The position numbers and the translations under genes were made by a program. From positions 3,619,371 to 3,683,370 of the forward strand of contig MU054338.1 in NCBI GenBank assembly GCA_013239625.1: a stretch of DNA of 64,000 nt. Direction: 5' to 3'. Positions 1 to 13,319 of the stretch are shown here, piece after piece. Source of the DNA: Lama guanicoe. Taxonomy: Eukaryota. Below the pieces are notes generated by a model, which did not search any database, was not told where the DNA came from, and saw nothing but the letters and a program-made list of their open reading frames with translations. The stretch's first letter is position 1; each line of letters begins with the position of its first letter.

Positions 1-214
1 AGGCACCACCAATCTCTGAATTTCACAGAGGGGACATTGAAGCCCCCGAAGGGGTGGTGACTTGACCAAGCCACCCGGTCAAGGCTGCGGCTGACCTCCT
101 AGCCCGAGGCCAGGCTCCAGCGCACAGCCCCCCGCCCGCCAGTTCCCCGTTGGGTACCCAGGGCAGCCCGGGTCTGACTTTGCCCCAACATCCGTCTCTG
201 CTTCCCCAGAACCT

Positions 215-480
215 GTTTTGTGAAAACCTAATCACGGCCGCTCGAAAGTCGACATCGAAATTACTGCCAAGCCCTTGACTCGGGGTAATTAAGAGCATTT
301 TGGGACGCCTTGCTTGATTAAAAGCAGATCATCCGTTCAGAATGAAAATTCAGGAGGCAAATTGCTTTTGTTGCCGCCACGATGCTATTTTAAACCCACG
401 CGGCTCTCGAGCTAATAACGGCCCGTCACTCGTCACCCGGCTGTCGGCCTGCTCTGCACCATTTGCATGGCTCCTGACTG
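215..480. promoter_or_regulatory. Candidate enhancer (homeodomain + octamer motifs)
   Basis: TAATCA 229, TAATTA 286, TGATTA 315, octamer ATTTGCAT 461-468; retained CpGs. Confidence 0.45.
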
Positions 481-3143
481 CTGTTTCCTGCCACCACCCC
501 CCCACCCCCCCGCCAGTCCCGGCACCCAGACCGGGAGCGCCTGCTGTCAGAGCATCAGACCCAGTGAGGTCTGGGCTGGCCTGGCCGCTGCACCCAAGCC
601 TGCTCCCATCTCAGAAGCACCCTGAGGTTTGCCTGGCCCCAATCTGTCCCCACGGCCCCCCACAGGCCTTACCCTCTCCTGCCCCCATCCCAGCCTCCAC
701 TCCTCCCTGGCCTCCCCACCCCCACTTCTGAGCCTCCCCACCCACCCTCCCCAAAGGAACCCCAAATCTCAGCAGGCTTCTCCCTCCATCTTCACCCAGC
801 TAACCTGCCCTGACTCTTCCAGACTCAGCTCAGAAGTCACCTCCCCTGGCTCCCAGGCCAGCTCAGGGGCCTCTTCTGGCTTTCTGAGCTACTACACGAA
901 CCCTACTGGAGTTCTCATCATCCGGGTTGTAACTGCTAGGTCACATGTCCATCGCCCCGCCTGGACTATGAGCTCTGGGAGGACAGGGCAGGTCTGCCTT
1001 GGTCACCACGTCCCCAGCACTCAGAGGTTAGGGCCTGAATGAATTAATGCACTGGGGCAAGAGGTGCTAGGGACCTCGTGGATCTCGAGACTCCAGGCCC
1101 TCAAAAAGCCCCTGTCTGTGCCCCGAAGCTCACCACCCCACAGGCCTGGAGCCCTCACTCCTGCTGCTTTGGCCCCTCCTTCTCCAGCCAATAACCAAAG
1201 TCCCCTTCAGAGCCTCAGCTACAATCAGATTGCTTATTGCTTCCCCATTATTTCCCCATCAAAGGAAGGACCAGCCCCTTGGTCCAAGTCCCTCCCCAGT
1301 GGACAAAGGGTTTGACACGTCCGGGTCACACCATGTGGGAGTTCCATCCACCCCTAGGGCGAGGGAGGTGTGTGGGCTCCCCCTGGTGGCAGGGCTGGGG
1401 AGGGGGAATGTGCAGTTCCAGCCCAGGAGGGGTCAGGGCGCGAATGGAAAGTCCCTCCTGCAGTCTCACCTTGGGCCAGCGAGCGTGCGGTCTCGTAGGT
1501 CACGCCACGTCCAGCAATGGGGAGGGTCACAGGTACAACTTGACAATATCACCATAGAATGCAGGGGACCAACTGACCACATCTATCACCGTTACAAAAG
1601 CAAGGGCATGTGCTTCGCCCCGGCAAAGCCACTGCTAAGAATGAATAATAATAGAAGGCAGTGGTAATCACCCCCCATCCCACCAGAGAACACGGCATTA
1701 TCTAGAGACATCTGTGGTTGTCACAGCTGGGGTGCTCCTAGACCCCAGAGAATGATCTGGTCCCAGACGGCAGTAGTACGGGGAGTCCTGGCTGCGAGCT
1801 AATATTTAGGGACTCTCGCTCAGCACCAGGCTTCTCAGGAGATGTTCCTATTCTAACTTCCTGGGAAGTGGGCACAGACACCATCCTATTTTCCAGATGT
1901 GGGAAACTGAGCCGCGAAGCCACATCCCCAAGGTCACACAGTCTGCTAGAAGGTCAAGCCAGACTAGGGTGAGGAATGTCATCTCCATCATATTCACTGT
2001 GGGTCCCCAGGGCCTCACACGGGATCAGGAACATAGTAGGTATTCAAGAAGCACGGGATGGGGAGCTGAGCCAGGATTCGAATCCAAGCCAGGTAATCCA
2101 CCAGTGGATCTGGACTCAGTGGTTCTGGCTGCCAGAGCCCCGACCCACAGCCCTGGGCCAAGAGACCCTCTCTGCTGCCCCCCTTGTGTCCCTGCAGCTC
2201 CCAGGGCAGCTGAGCCCCAGGGCTAGGTCCCTTTGGGATCCAGGAGGCTGTGGCTGAAGCTTAACTCCCCTATTGTGGCTGCTGAAAAGGAAGCAGGTGT
2301 TGGCAGCTTTGCCGAGGAGGCCCCGCTCCACTGCCTTTGTGCCCTGAGCTGGTAGCATCCTCGCTCGACCCGGCCTCCATTCAAACCCACTGAATTCTAC
2401 ATTCCACCTCTGCCAGCTACATTCTCCACCTGAAAATCCCCCATTCTGCCAGCCGGCCGGGCCGGAATGCGGGCGTCTTTGTTCATCTTTCCTTGGCCTC
2501 CTCTGCCTTTAATCGCTTCTTCCCCCGAGCTCTGGAAGGAGGGGAACGGGAGAGTGAGAACAAATAAATACGGAGGGAAAAATAAAAGAGCTTCGGGAGC
2601 ACTCGGAGGAGGTTTCCATTGAAGAGGATGTTCGCCTGGTACTTTGAGACACTGACAAAGACGGGCGAGACCAGCGCTGCATTGAGATATTCACAAAAAC
2701 AAATTCTTCGGGACTATCTTTGTGATGGTCTGGCTGCCAGACGTCCATTAACCCTTGCCAGGGTCCTGCCTTCAGTGCTCAGGCCCCAAGAAGGAAGGGA
2801 GGCTGAGGAGGAAAGCTATGAGCCCAAAGTTGAAGCGGGGATTGGGAGACAGAGACCACTAGGGGACCAGGCTCCTCTCTCCCCTTGACCTGCTGTGTGA
2901 CCTTGAGGAATCTGCCTGCGGTCTCTGTGCTTTGTCAGTAACCGGACCTTTATGTTCCCACCATGGAGGGATGTAAGATCTGAGGGTTGCTCAGCGGGTG
3001 GAAGGGACTTGACAAGTCACCCAGCTGTGAGGAGACGAACTCCTGGTACAGGGCTGCTCACCAGAATCTGGGAGAAGAGGAGAGGCCATGGAGGCTGGTC
3101 AGGTCAGCCAGGTAGAAGACCAAAGCCACCATTCCAGCCTCAT

Positions 3144-3197
3144 CCCAGATGGCCCTGGGTGCCTCCCCGGCCCCCAGATGGCCCTGGGTGCCTCCCC
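3144..3197 (+). repeat. Tandem duplication, 29-nt period
   Basis: cccagatggccctgggtgcctcccc occurs twice, at 3144 and 3173. Confidence 0.9.
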
Positions 3198-3984
3198 TCC
3201 CCGCTCTGGACCTTTTCTGTAATAACAATCCATTGAATGTATGTTGTTAATTTCATTATTCAGGCCAAAATCTTGGTTGAGCTCCTACTGTGTGCCAGGC
3301 TGTGCGAGGGCTCTGGGGACACAGCAGTGACCAAGGCAGAGGAGCCCAGTGCTCCCGAGGTTCACAGATGGTCACGTGGCCAGGCAATTCCAGCCCCAGT
3401 GTGATGCAGAGTTTGCTGGGGGACACGGAGGTGCTGTCGGACGCACCCAGAACAACCTGGGTAATCAGGGACCGTTTCCTGGAGCAGGAGATGTCTGGTC
3501 TGCCAGGTCTTCTACAACTGAACAAGAAAAAGCCAAGGGAAGGGAGGAAAGAGAGACCCAGGTGGAGGGCACAGGGGGTCTGGCAGGCGGAGTGGGTGTT
3601 CAGGGCCCAGAGAGGAGCCAGACAGAAGGCTGGAGGCGGCCGGTCTCAAAGCCCTCATTCGCCGCATCGCAGGACACGTGGCCAAGCCTGGCAGAGGTTG
3701 TTTTTGTCTTTGGGGAGCTCCATCCCTCAGCGGGATGGGCGATCACATGTCTTCCCATTTCTCAGATGAGAAAACAGAGGCTGCTCAGTGGTGAGCATGG
3801 TCTGGCCAAGGTCACCAGGCGAGTGGGGCAGCGTTGGGATCAGAGCAGGTCAGGTGACCAGCACCCACTGCCCTTCCTGCAAATGCCTTTTACACTGAGA
3901 TGTGTTGAAATAAATACAGCCCTCACTGATGTTTCCAGGAGAAAGCGCTTGTGTCCATGGAAAGGCTGTTCAGAGCTGCCTGAT

Positions 3985-4462
3985 GAATGTTTCCTTGGCT
4001 GCTATAACCAAAGAGCACAGAATTAGTGAAACACTTAGTAAAACAGCACAGATTTATAATCTGACAGCTCTGGAAGTCAGAAGTCCGATGTGGGTCTCAC
4101 TGGGCTAAAATCCAAGTGTGGGCAGGGTTGGTTCCTTCTAGAGGCTCCAGGGGAGAATCTGTTTCCTGTCTTTTCCAGTTTCTGGAGGCGCCGCATCCCT
4201 GGCTCACAGCCCCTCCCTCCATCCTCACCGCCAGCAGCGCACAATCTCCTGTCTCTCTCTCTGACTCTGACCCTCCCACCTCCCTCTGATGAGGACCCTG
4301 TGAGGACACTGGGCCCCTGGGGAATCCAGGGTCACCCCCATCTCAGGGGCCTTAATTTAATCCCACCTGCCGAATCCCTTTTGCCATGGAAGGTATCACA
4401 GTCACAGGTTCCAGAGATTAGGATGTGGATGTGTTTGGGGGACCATGATTCTACCTACCACA
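3985..4462 (-). mobile_element. MLT1 (C/D-like) LTR
   Basis: ctctggaagtcagaagtcc...gggctaaaatccaag...ggttccttctagaggctccaggggagaatc typical of MLT1. Confidence 0.8.
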
Positions 4463-4684
4463 CCCACCTTCTGGGGATCATGAGTGGAGGATCTGGGCAA
4501 AGCCTTGGCATTGGGGGACCTCAGATTCCTCATCTGTCAAATGGGTATCAATCACAGGCCCTGAATTTGAGGGTTGTTGGAAAGTTTTGCTCAAACATTT
4601 AACACCAGATATTCAGCAGTGGCTAAGACCAAGCATGGCACCTGTACCCGTGCACAGGGTAATGGGCATTAAACATGGGGGGAT

Positions 4685-4799
4685 GGGAGAGGGTATAGCT
4701 CAGTGGTGGAGTGTGTGCTTAGCATGCATGAGGTCCTGACTTCAATCCCCTGTACCTCCATCAAAGTAAGTAAATAAATAATCCCCCCCCCAAAAAAAA
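4685..4799 (+). mobile_element. tRNA-Ala-derived SINE (Vic-1-like)
   Basis: A-box TAGCTCAGTGG, TTAGCAT anticodon-like loop, (TAAA)n/C-run/A tail, imperfect TSD cattaaa(a)c(c)atgggg. Confidence 0.88.
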
Positions 4800-7700
4800 C
4801 CCATTAAAACCATGGGGAGACATCAGCCACGCTGATGGGATGGAGCATCATGGGGGGATAGGAAAGGCTTTGCCGAGGAGAGGACCTGTGAGCAAAGAGC
4901 CATAGAGAGAAGCAGGGAAAGGGGGTTTCAGGAAGTAGAAATAGCAAGTGCAAAGGCCCTGAGGCACGTGGGTGCCTGGTGTCTGTGAGAACCAACGAGG
5001 AGACCAGAGAGCTTGTACTGTGTGGAATACTCGAAGGCTTTCTGGAAGATGTGGGGCTGCAGTCTGGCCAGCCTAGAGCAAGGGAATGGAGCAGGCTAAG
5101 GGCAGCTGATGGACAGAATGAAGGCATGGAGGCAGGCCCACAAAGCTCCAGCATTCAGACCCTCGACTTTGCCCTGGGGGCCTGAGGGAAACCTCAGGAG
5201 GGTTGTGAGAGGGAAGAGAACCGCAAGGAACAGGCAACCAGCCTAGTTTAAGAGCCTGCCAGCCAGCCTGCCTACCTATGCTCAAATCCCAAGCTCTGCC
5301 AGGCTCTTGCTGTGTGACCTTGGGCAGGTCACCCTGCGTCTCTGGGCCTCATTTCCCCCATCTGTCCAATGGGGATAATGGTAGTGCCAGCATCACAGAC
5401 CTGTGTGAGGATGAAGTGAGGAAGTCAATGGCAAGCTCTCAGCTTGGAGCACAAGGAGAAGGCAGAGGCCAAAGGCTCACTTACTTTAAGGAAAATCTCA
5501 CCCCTAAATCTCCCGCATCCACTTCTCCCTCAGCCTCCAGTTTTTATTTTCTTTGATGACACTTGTGCCGGTGCCCGGTCTCGCCATTGTCAGGAAATGA
5601 ACTGCCACCACCTGAGCTTGGTTACACCACCGCCCTGCACCCCTACCCCCCAGGGTGCACTCACGGCGGGGGAGGTGGGCAGCGGAAGCCCCGAGAAGGG
5701 GGCAGAATTGATTACAGTGCCATTCGTAGGAGGCGCCTTTGGTCATTGCAAGCGACTTAATCACAGGGGAAAGTGTACTGCTTCCCTGGGAACCATACGG
5801 AGAAAATCCCCATCAGGATTTTGTTTCTTATTCTAAGAAAAATTGCACATTTGAATAATCCTGCTGTTCCTGGGTCCCGGTCCTGGGCTCGAGCCAGACA
5901 GATGCACTCCAAGGACATGGTGCCTCCTTCAGCAGCGTCTCCACCCCGCCTCCAGGTCTCAGAGATTTCCTCTCTTTGAGACACTTCCCAGGTCTTGTGT
6001 TCTGCCATCACGTGGGGGTCATCTTTCTAGCCATCCCCCCACCCCGGTCTGTCTTGCACATAGTAGGGACACAGAAATGCTGATTCAATGGAACTGGGTT
6101 GTGGCAAGGAAAGTGGAGACGCAGGAGGTGGGGAGTCTGATTCCACGCTGTCATTCAGGTTCTCCTTCCTTCAGTAGATATTTACAGAGCACCTACTGTG
6201 TGTCTGAGCCTGTGCTGGGCACTGGGACACGGACACCAGAATAGATTTTTTTGTAAAGTTGGCCCTTATGAAAGGATTTGGGCAGGCTGAAAAACAGGGT
6301 GATGAGAGTGATCTGGGAGGTGCACAGAGCAAGGGGGCCTGGACCAGCGGGTGGAGGCATCATGGAAGGCTTCCTGGGGAAGGTGATTCTAAACAAAGAG
6401 CTGAAGGATGAGATGAGAGGAGCTAAAAGCGGGGCTGTTGAGGGGTGCAGCCAAGGCCTGGAGGGAAGACCATGACTCCTTTGGCAACTGGAGGGTGCAC
6501 GAGGGATGCTGGGGGACAAGGGAGGGGGGTGGAAGTGAGGCACAGTAGTGGGACAGGAAGGAGAGGACAGATGGAAGAGAGGCTTTGCAGGGAGAGCAGA
6601 CAGGCTGTGGTAGGAGTGAAAGCGAGGTAGAGCTGATGTCTGAGTCTCCAACTTGGAGATGGGGACACAGTGGGGCCACATCAGAGATAAGGACCCAAGA
6701 GGAGGCACCGGTTTGCAGGAAGACACTGAGGCCAGGTTGGGCCCTGAGGATGGAGGCACTTGGGGACATCCAGAGAGAAGCCCAAGGTGGTAGCTGGACC
6801 TGCAGGGAGGGGACTGGGCTAGACTCTGAATGCCTGGGATCACTGAATTGCTGCTGTTCCTCCTGCCCAGAACACCCTTCCCTGCAGCCTCCACCTGACT
6901 AGGTGATTTTCTCCCTCCAGGTCTCAGCCTGGAAGCCACCTCCACCTGGAAGCCCTTCTGGGTTCCCACAGTGCCTATGCATCCCCCTAATGGCAGGGAG
7001 CGTGCTCTGCTGTCACTACCTGGTCACAGTGAGTCCTGTACGGGTGCTCCATCTATTTTAGTCCCACTGTGTCCCCAGCACCCAGTCAGCACCCTCACCC
7101 TGTCTGTTACAGACAGGTGGGTCTACATTTTCACCATTATGTCCCCAGCACCCAGCAATGCTCCTGGTCTCCAGTCAGGCCCTTTGAGTAACTCCCCCGC
7201 CAATCATCTACTCCCACAGCCCAGTACGCAGGGGAATCACTGTAAGCAGGTGTCTCAGAGGCAAACGAGACCGAGGCCACTTCCACCTGCCAAGGACGCA
7301 GAAGAAAGTAAAACTGAAAAAACAGCAAAAGCACTGGTTTATTTTAACAGAGAGCATTCACAAGTGGATGCTTCTGCTGCTCGCCCCACACGATCCAGTG
7401 CACATAACTGTGCTCTCCGCGCAGTCATGACTTGATTCATTTTGAATTGATAATTCAAGGTACACGGGAGGCGGGACTCGCTCATCCACTGACATGTATG
7501 AGTTGAGCACCAACTATATGCCAGGTACTCTTTTAGGCACTGTGATGGGTGGTGACCAAGACAGTCCCACTGCCAGCCTTTGAACAGTTTATGAGAAAGA
7601 TAAGAAACGCATTGGCAAATAAATGGACAAGACAATGTCAGACATTGATAAGATCAGAGCCAAAGTAAATAGAGTTATGGGGTAAAGAAACCCAGGGTTG

Positions 7701-10299
7701 CTATTAAACCCAGAGAAATCAGGGAGGGCCTCCTGGAGGAGGTGATATTTGAGCCAAGAGAGTAGAAAGTTGAGACGGAGCCAGTCATGTGGATATCTGG
7801 GCAGCCGGTGCAGCATATACAAAGGCCCTGAGGCAGGACCAGGCCTGGCATGTTGGAGGAATATTCCATCCCTCCTGACTGTTGCTGTCCCACCCACAAC
7901 CCCATATGGGAAGAACCTCAAAAGAAGACCTTTGGGGCTCTCTGGGAAGACAAGATGAGCCTCGCCTCCTATGTGGCCCTGGCTAGACCCCCTGACAACC
8001 CCTTTCTTGATCAAGCCCTCACCCTAAACCCCAAGATGGCCCCCCATCTTCCAAGGACCACCTGGCTGCACCCCCACAATGCCCTACCCTTGTCTTGGCT
8101 TCTACCCTACACATCACGAGCTCCAATTAGAGAGACCCTGTCTTCCCTCCCAACCCCCACAGCTGTCTCCACCATCTCCCACCCACCAGGGCAGGGATGG
8201 GGGTCTGGGAGAGACACTACAAATCCTCGGTGCCCCCACGTAGTTTCTGGACACATCAACCCTGGACAGGGTTAAGTATGCAAGGAAAACAATGGTGACT
8301 GGTACCAGGTCTGGACTCCACCCCCGTGGACCTTGTGTTGGTCACTGGGGATTTCTTTACTCATTCAACAAACACTGTCCTGGTGCCCCACTGGAGATGA
8401 GTCTAAATCAGGCTGAGCCCCGACTCCAGGCTGTGGTGCTTGATCCTGCCCCATTTTGAGCCTCAATTTCCACATCCATCCCCAGAGGAGACTGGACTCC
8501 TCCCAGACCTGACAATAAATCCTAAACCCAACCCTGACACCCCACTGCAGGGCCTGGCTCCTGCTCTGGTATCTGGTTTGGTCAAGTACAGAGAGTGGGG
8601 CTTCTGCTCCAGCCGCACCCCTCAGAGCACCCAGGAACGGAGGTTTCCTGGCGCCCAGGGCAGCAGGTGAGTGAGTTAGGGTTACAGCCCTGGCAGTGGA
8701 TGGGCCTCAAACTGCCCTAGTCTTGGAGGCCCTGCCGGGCGCTCCATCTTCTGCCCAGCGGGGGCCGCATTAGCCGCTCAAAACCCATTCGGGGAAATTA
8801 GAGCAGAGGCCTCTGCGACAATCACGGGTCATTCTTGTCTCTGGTTCCCAGGCTCTCCTGCAGTGATGATAGCCCAGCAGCGGGTCTGAGGGGGACGCAG
8901 GGGTATCAAGGGGGTCCCAGCCGGCCGGCTCCAACCCAAAGCCTTCTCCAAGCCAGCCAGGGAAGGAAGAGTGTGCAACCACTGGGAGTTTTAAGGGGGT
9001 TGCTTCTCTGCTCCAGCATCTTTGATGGCTCCCAGCTGCCAAAAACTTCAGTCCAAATGCTTCAATCTGATAAATAAAAGCAAGTCTTGAAAGCACCAGG
9101 GGAGAAACCCACTCTGCCAGCTCTCTCTATTTCTTTCCAGAGTTTGTGGGTTTCCTGAATGTCTTCAGGCCTCTGTGTCTTGAGAGGCAAAGATGGGCCA
9201 GGTTTTGCATTTAATTCAGCAGGAGGGTGGACTTCAGGTATAGTTTGATCCAGCATTTGAACTGTCCGTCAAGAATCAAAGTTCACTTTGCCTTCTGACA
9301 TCTAGTCTCAATCTCTTCTTCAAACTTCCCAAGTTTTTCCACCCCCAGGGTTTTGTTCACACCTGGCTGTCTGTTTCCATCCCTCTAGCCAACCCCTACC
9401 CATTCCTTGGCCCAAATGTCATGCCCACAGGCAGCACAGCAGTGCAAGCCCTGGAAAGAGAGGTCAGGAAGTCAGCTGCTGCTCAAGCTAAGACTTCTCT
9501 GCCCCTCTCGAGGCCTCAGTTCCCCACCTGGAATCTGAGAGGACTTGAATCCAAGGATCCTTACAGTCTCTTTCAGCTCCTAAGTTCAGTGAGTCTGGGG
9601 CCCCCACGGGAGGGGCTCAGCAGGGATTAGCCCTCTCAGTGGCCATTTTAGTCATGAAAATAACAGCCAACACTAGTGCATGCTTCCTATGAGCAGACTT
9701 GTAAGGATCATGCTAGTCCTTTGGTCTGTGATGAGGTGAGGTTTCAATCCGCATGAAGTAGATACTAGTGTTAGCAGCATTTTACAGAGAAGAAAACCAA
9801 GGCCCAGAGAGCTCCAGCCTCTCGCTGAAGGTCACACAGCTGGCAGTGCTAGAACCAAGACTTGGCAACTGTGGGCCCCATTCCAGCCTCCCCATCCTTA
9901 GCTCCCATGCTACAGCAACTCTGGATCTCTTCAATTCAGAGAACTGGGTTCACATCTTCAATTCAGGCAACTGGGAGGCAAGCAGAAGGAGAACTTTTCT
10001 CCCATGAATGCATCTCCAGGTTTGTAATAGAGTCAGTCGACTGAGTTTACCTTCTGGGACTCAGTTTACCTTCTAGGAAGTACCACTTTCCACATTGCTG
10101 ACAAATAAACCTCCCTCTTTTATAGAAGCAGAAATTCAGTTTCCAAAAAGAGAAGCACTTCTCCCTGAGGTCCCCCAGCCAGGCAGTGCTGTGGTGTCTT
10201 CCATCAGTCAGGATGGGCTGGATGGAGCCTGCCTCCGGCACGGCCCCCCGAGGCCTCACCTCCTGGTACTTACGAACTTGTGGAGTCGCTCACGCCCTG

Positions 10300-11405
10300 C
10301 ATTCATGCAGTCAGTGGAACACAGTAACTTCTGAAGCCAAGTCATAAAAAATTCTCCATCTTCCCCTCTGCTCTCTCTGAGATCGCTCCCTAGGCAGGGA
10401 AGGCAGCCACCACGTTGTGAGGAGGCTCAAGCAGCACTGTGGCGAGGAACCAAGACCTCCTACCAACAGCCACAAGAGGGAGCCAGCTTGAAAGTGGCTC
10501 CTCCGGCCCCAGTCGAGCCTTCAGATGGTACAGCCCCAGCTGACAGCTTGACCTCAACCTTGTGAGAGACCCTGAACCAGAACTGCCTGGCTCAGTTGTC
10601 CCCGAATTCCTGACCCACAAAACCACAAGCTGTAATAAATTGTTATTTTTGAGCCACTAAGTTTCGAGGGATCTACACAGCCAGAGGAGCTGGAGCAAAT
10701 CCCCAGATTTTAGTGGCCTTAAAACAATTAAGGCTTATTTGTCACTCACACTCCATGTCCAACGCAGGTTGGCTGGGAGCCTCTGTGTCTACCGCCTGCA
10801 GGCAGCAAGGCAGATGGTAGGACAAGGCGGTCTCCAAGGCAGGGGAGAGCATGGGGGGAAAGACATACCTGCTTTTAAAGGCTTCCACCTGGACGTGATG
10901 CCCGCCAATTCTGCTCATGTTCTGTTGGACAAAGCAGCTCACGGAGCCACGCCTAACTTCAAAAGTCACATGTGCCAGGCCGCGAGGGCTGCTGTAATGA
11001 AAGGCCACCAGCTGAGTGACTCAAACAACAGAAATGTATTGGCCCACAGTTCTTGAGGCCAGAAGTTTGAGATCAAGGTGTTGACAGATCCATGCTCCCT
11101 CTGAAAGCCCTAAGGAAAGATCTGTTCCAGGCCTCCCTCCTGGCTTTTGGTGGTTTCTTGGCTTATGGCAACATAATTCCAGTCTTCACATGGCATTTTC
11201 CCTGCATGTGTGTGTCTCTGCGTCCAAATGTCCCCTTTTTATAAGGACATCACCTTATAAAAAGTGGATAAAGGACCCACCCTGCTCCAGGATGACCTCA
11301 TCTTAATTAATTACATCTGCAATGATCTTATTTCCAAATAAAGTCGCCCTCTATGGGATTAGATCTTCAACATACGAATTTGAGGGGACATAATCCAACC
11401 CATGA
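10300..11405. mobile_element. Cluster of MLT1 LTR remnants (MLT1F-like + strand ~10300-10690; MLT1B/C-like - strand ~10975-11405)
   Basis: gagccttcagatg...cagccccagctgacagcttga; gggctgctgtaa...cagttcttgaggccagaagtttgagatcaagg...gacctcatcttaatta. Confidence 0.75.
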
Positions 11406-12014
11406 CAGCAAGGAAGTGCAAGTGCCCCACATCCCTGGCAGGAGGAGAACTGGAATCCTGCAAACAGCTCTAATAACCACAATACATCCATTTATTGAGT
11501 GCCTACTGTGTGCTCCCCACATATACTTCCTTATTCATCTCTCAGACAACCCTGTCAGATAGGTATTCTCATCTCATTTTATGGAAGAGGAAACTGGGCT
11601 CAGAGATCACAAGACACTGGCCTAATGTTGCATAGCAAGTCAGAGGCAGTACCAGAGAGAAATCTCTTCCACCAGTTCACCATCCTTCTTGCCACAGAGT
11701 TTGTGGGTTTCCTGAATCTCCTCCGGACTCAGTAGCCTACAATGTAAAGTGTGGCCATGCTTGCATTTAATTTAAGCAGTAGAGTGGACTTCAGGGAGGG
11801 TTTGATCCAACATTTCAACAGATCAGCAAGAACCAGGTTTTTTCTCTCTTTCCTCTGCTCATGAGGGCAATATGCCCAACATTAATTTATGTGTGTTGTT
11901 TTATGCCTCTTTCTCCCCCAGCTGGACAGCTCACGAAGACAGAGATATTTGACCGTTTGGCTCTGTATTAAATCATAAGTGACCAGAACAGTGTCTGGCC
12001 CAAAACAGGTCCAG

Positions 12015-12180
12015 GTCATCCTCTGTGGAGGCATCCTGCACACTGTGGGGTGTTGAGCAGCCTCCCTGGCCCCCACTCACATGATTCCAAGGGCACCCCT
12101 GCAATGTAACAACCACACATGTCCCCAGACACTGCCCAGTGTCCTCTGGGGGACAGGATCGTCCCTGGTTGGAACCACCA
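12015..12180 (-). mobile_element. MER20-like hAT DNA transposon remnant (second copy on + at ~1660-1790)
   Basis: acaaccacacatgtccccagacactgcccagtgtcctctggggg...ggttggaaccac. Confidence 0.75.
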
Positions 12181-12299
12181 GCCTTACAGAACTGGCTCCT
12201 TGCCCACCTCCCCACTTCCCCCGCCGCCGACTGTATGTTCCCGCAGTGCTTACAGGCTGGGTGGGAGCCCACGCACTCCAGCCTGGCCCAGCCCGCCCA

Positions 12300-12930
12300 G
12301 TCGCAGCCAGACCCAGGGAAATTGGATTAACTCAGAGACGCTCGCCAAGACGATCCGTCATGCCATCTGAAGGACAGCGTATTGATCTCCACGTTGCAAA
12401 AAAATTAAATGATATCCCTTTTTGTTATTTAAAACGCTGCTTAAGCAATTTCGTAATGGAACGCCCCGGCTCGGGTCCAGGAACTCCCTGGCCGGCCAGC
12501 AGCCTCCCCGGATTGGGTGGAGGACGAGGGAATGTGAGCGCAGCCCTGTCTCCCCCCCGGTAATTGATGACGCCCGGAGAACAGCTCCCTTCTGCCGGCG
12601 ACGTGCGCGGCTTTGATTTATTGAAGACATAACAATTACGAAAATAGCTGATTTATAATCAACTCGCCCAGGGCCCTAATTGATTTCTAGGGCGAAATTT
12701 AGAACGGGAGGTACTGACACCTGGAGGAGAGGACCACCGGCCTTGGGGACGCGCCGTGATGGGGCGGCCGGCAGGGTGGGACGCGGAGCCGGCGGCCTGC
12801 GTCTGGCTGCCTTGTCTGTCATCTCGCGAGATGTGGGGCTTCGCTCAGTTTTGCCCGAGTCGTTCGAGCCCCGCTGGACACCGCCACTTCCAAGCGACCG
12901 AGCGGGCTCCGGCTCCAGGAGTGGCAAGGG
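12300..12930. promoter_or_regulatory. CpG-rich, homeodomain-motif-rich candidate developmental enhancer
   Basis: No recognisable repeat; GGATTA 12324, TAATTGAT 12561, TGATTTAT 12614 and 12649, AACAAT 12631, CTAATTGA 12676. Confidence 0.55.
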
Positions 12931-13077
12931 TCACATCGCCCACAGATCTCTGAGAGTTCTATGTTTGGAGACTTCCTCAGTTGTATCTGCAGCGCCAGGA
13001 CAGCCTGGCAACTAGTATGTAAATGAATCTGTCCCCGTGATGTCCAGAACCTTCCCTTCCGCCAGAGCCCTACACTC

Positions 13078-13267
13078 AGACCGCCAAATTTGACCAGTCG
13101 AAAGACAGGAGGCCCAGTTAAACCCAAGTTTCAGACAAACAGTAAGTGAATTTTAGCAGAAGTATACTCCATGCAATATTGGCGACTTACTGATACTAGA
13201 GATTTATTCATGGTTCATCTGAAATTCAAATTTAACTGAGCATTTTGTATTTTATCTGACAAGCCTA
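13078..13267 (+). mobile_element. MER53-like palindromic hAT MITE
   Basis: acaggaggcccagttaaa...tttcagacaaac ... atctgaaattcaaatttaactgagcattttgtattttatctgacaa matches the remembered MER53 consensus. Confidence 0.75.
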
Positions 13268-13319
13268 CTGTGACATTCAAGACCCCAGACCCCAGCTCTC
13301 AAGACCCCCACAGGGTCCA

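Noticed and set aside
3144..3197. Direct repeats as a possible CRISPR-like array
   Set aside because: Only two near-adjacent copies with a 4-nt gap, in mammalian DNA.
3349..4026. 225-aa ORF
   Set aside because: Runs through L2, MIR and MLT1 remnants.
6193..6969. 258-aa ORF
   Set aside because: Lies in L2-derived sequence; chance-like composition.
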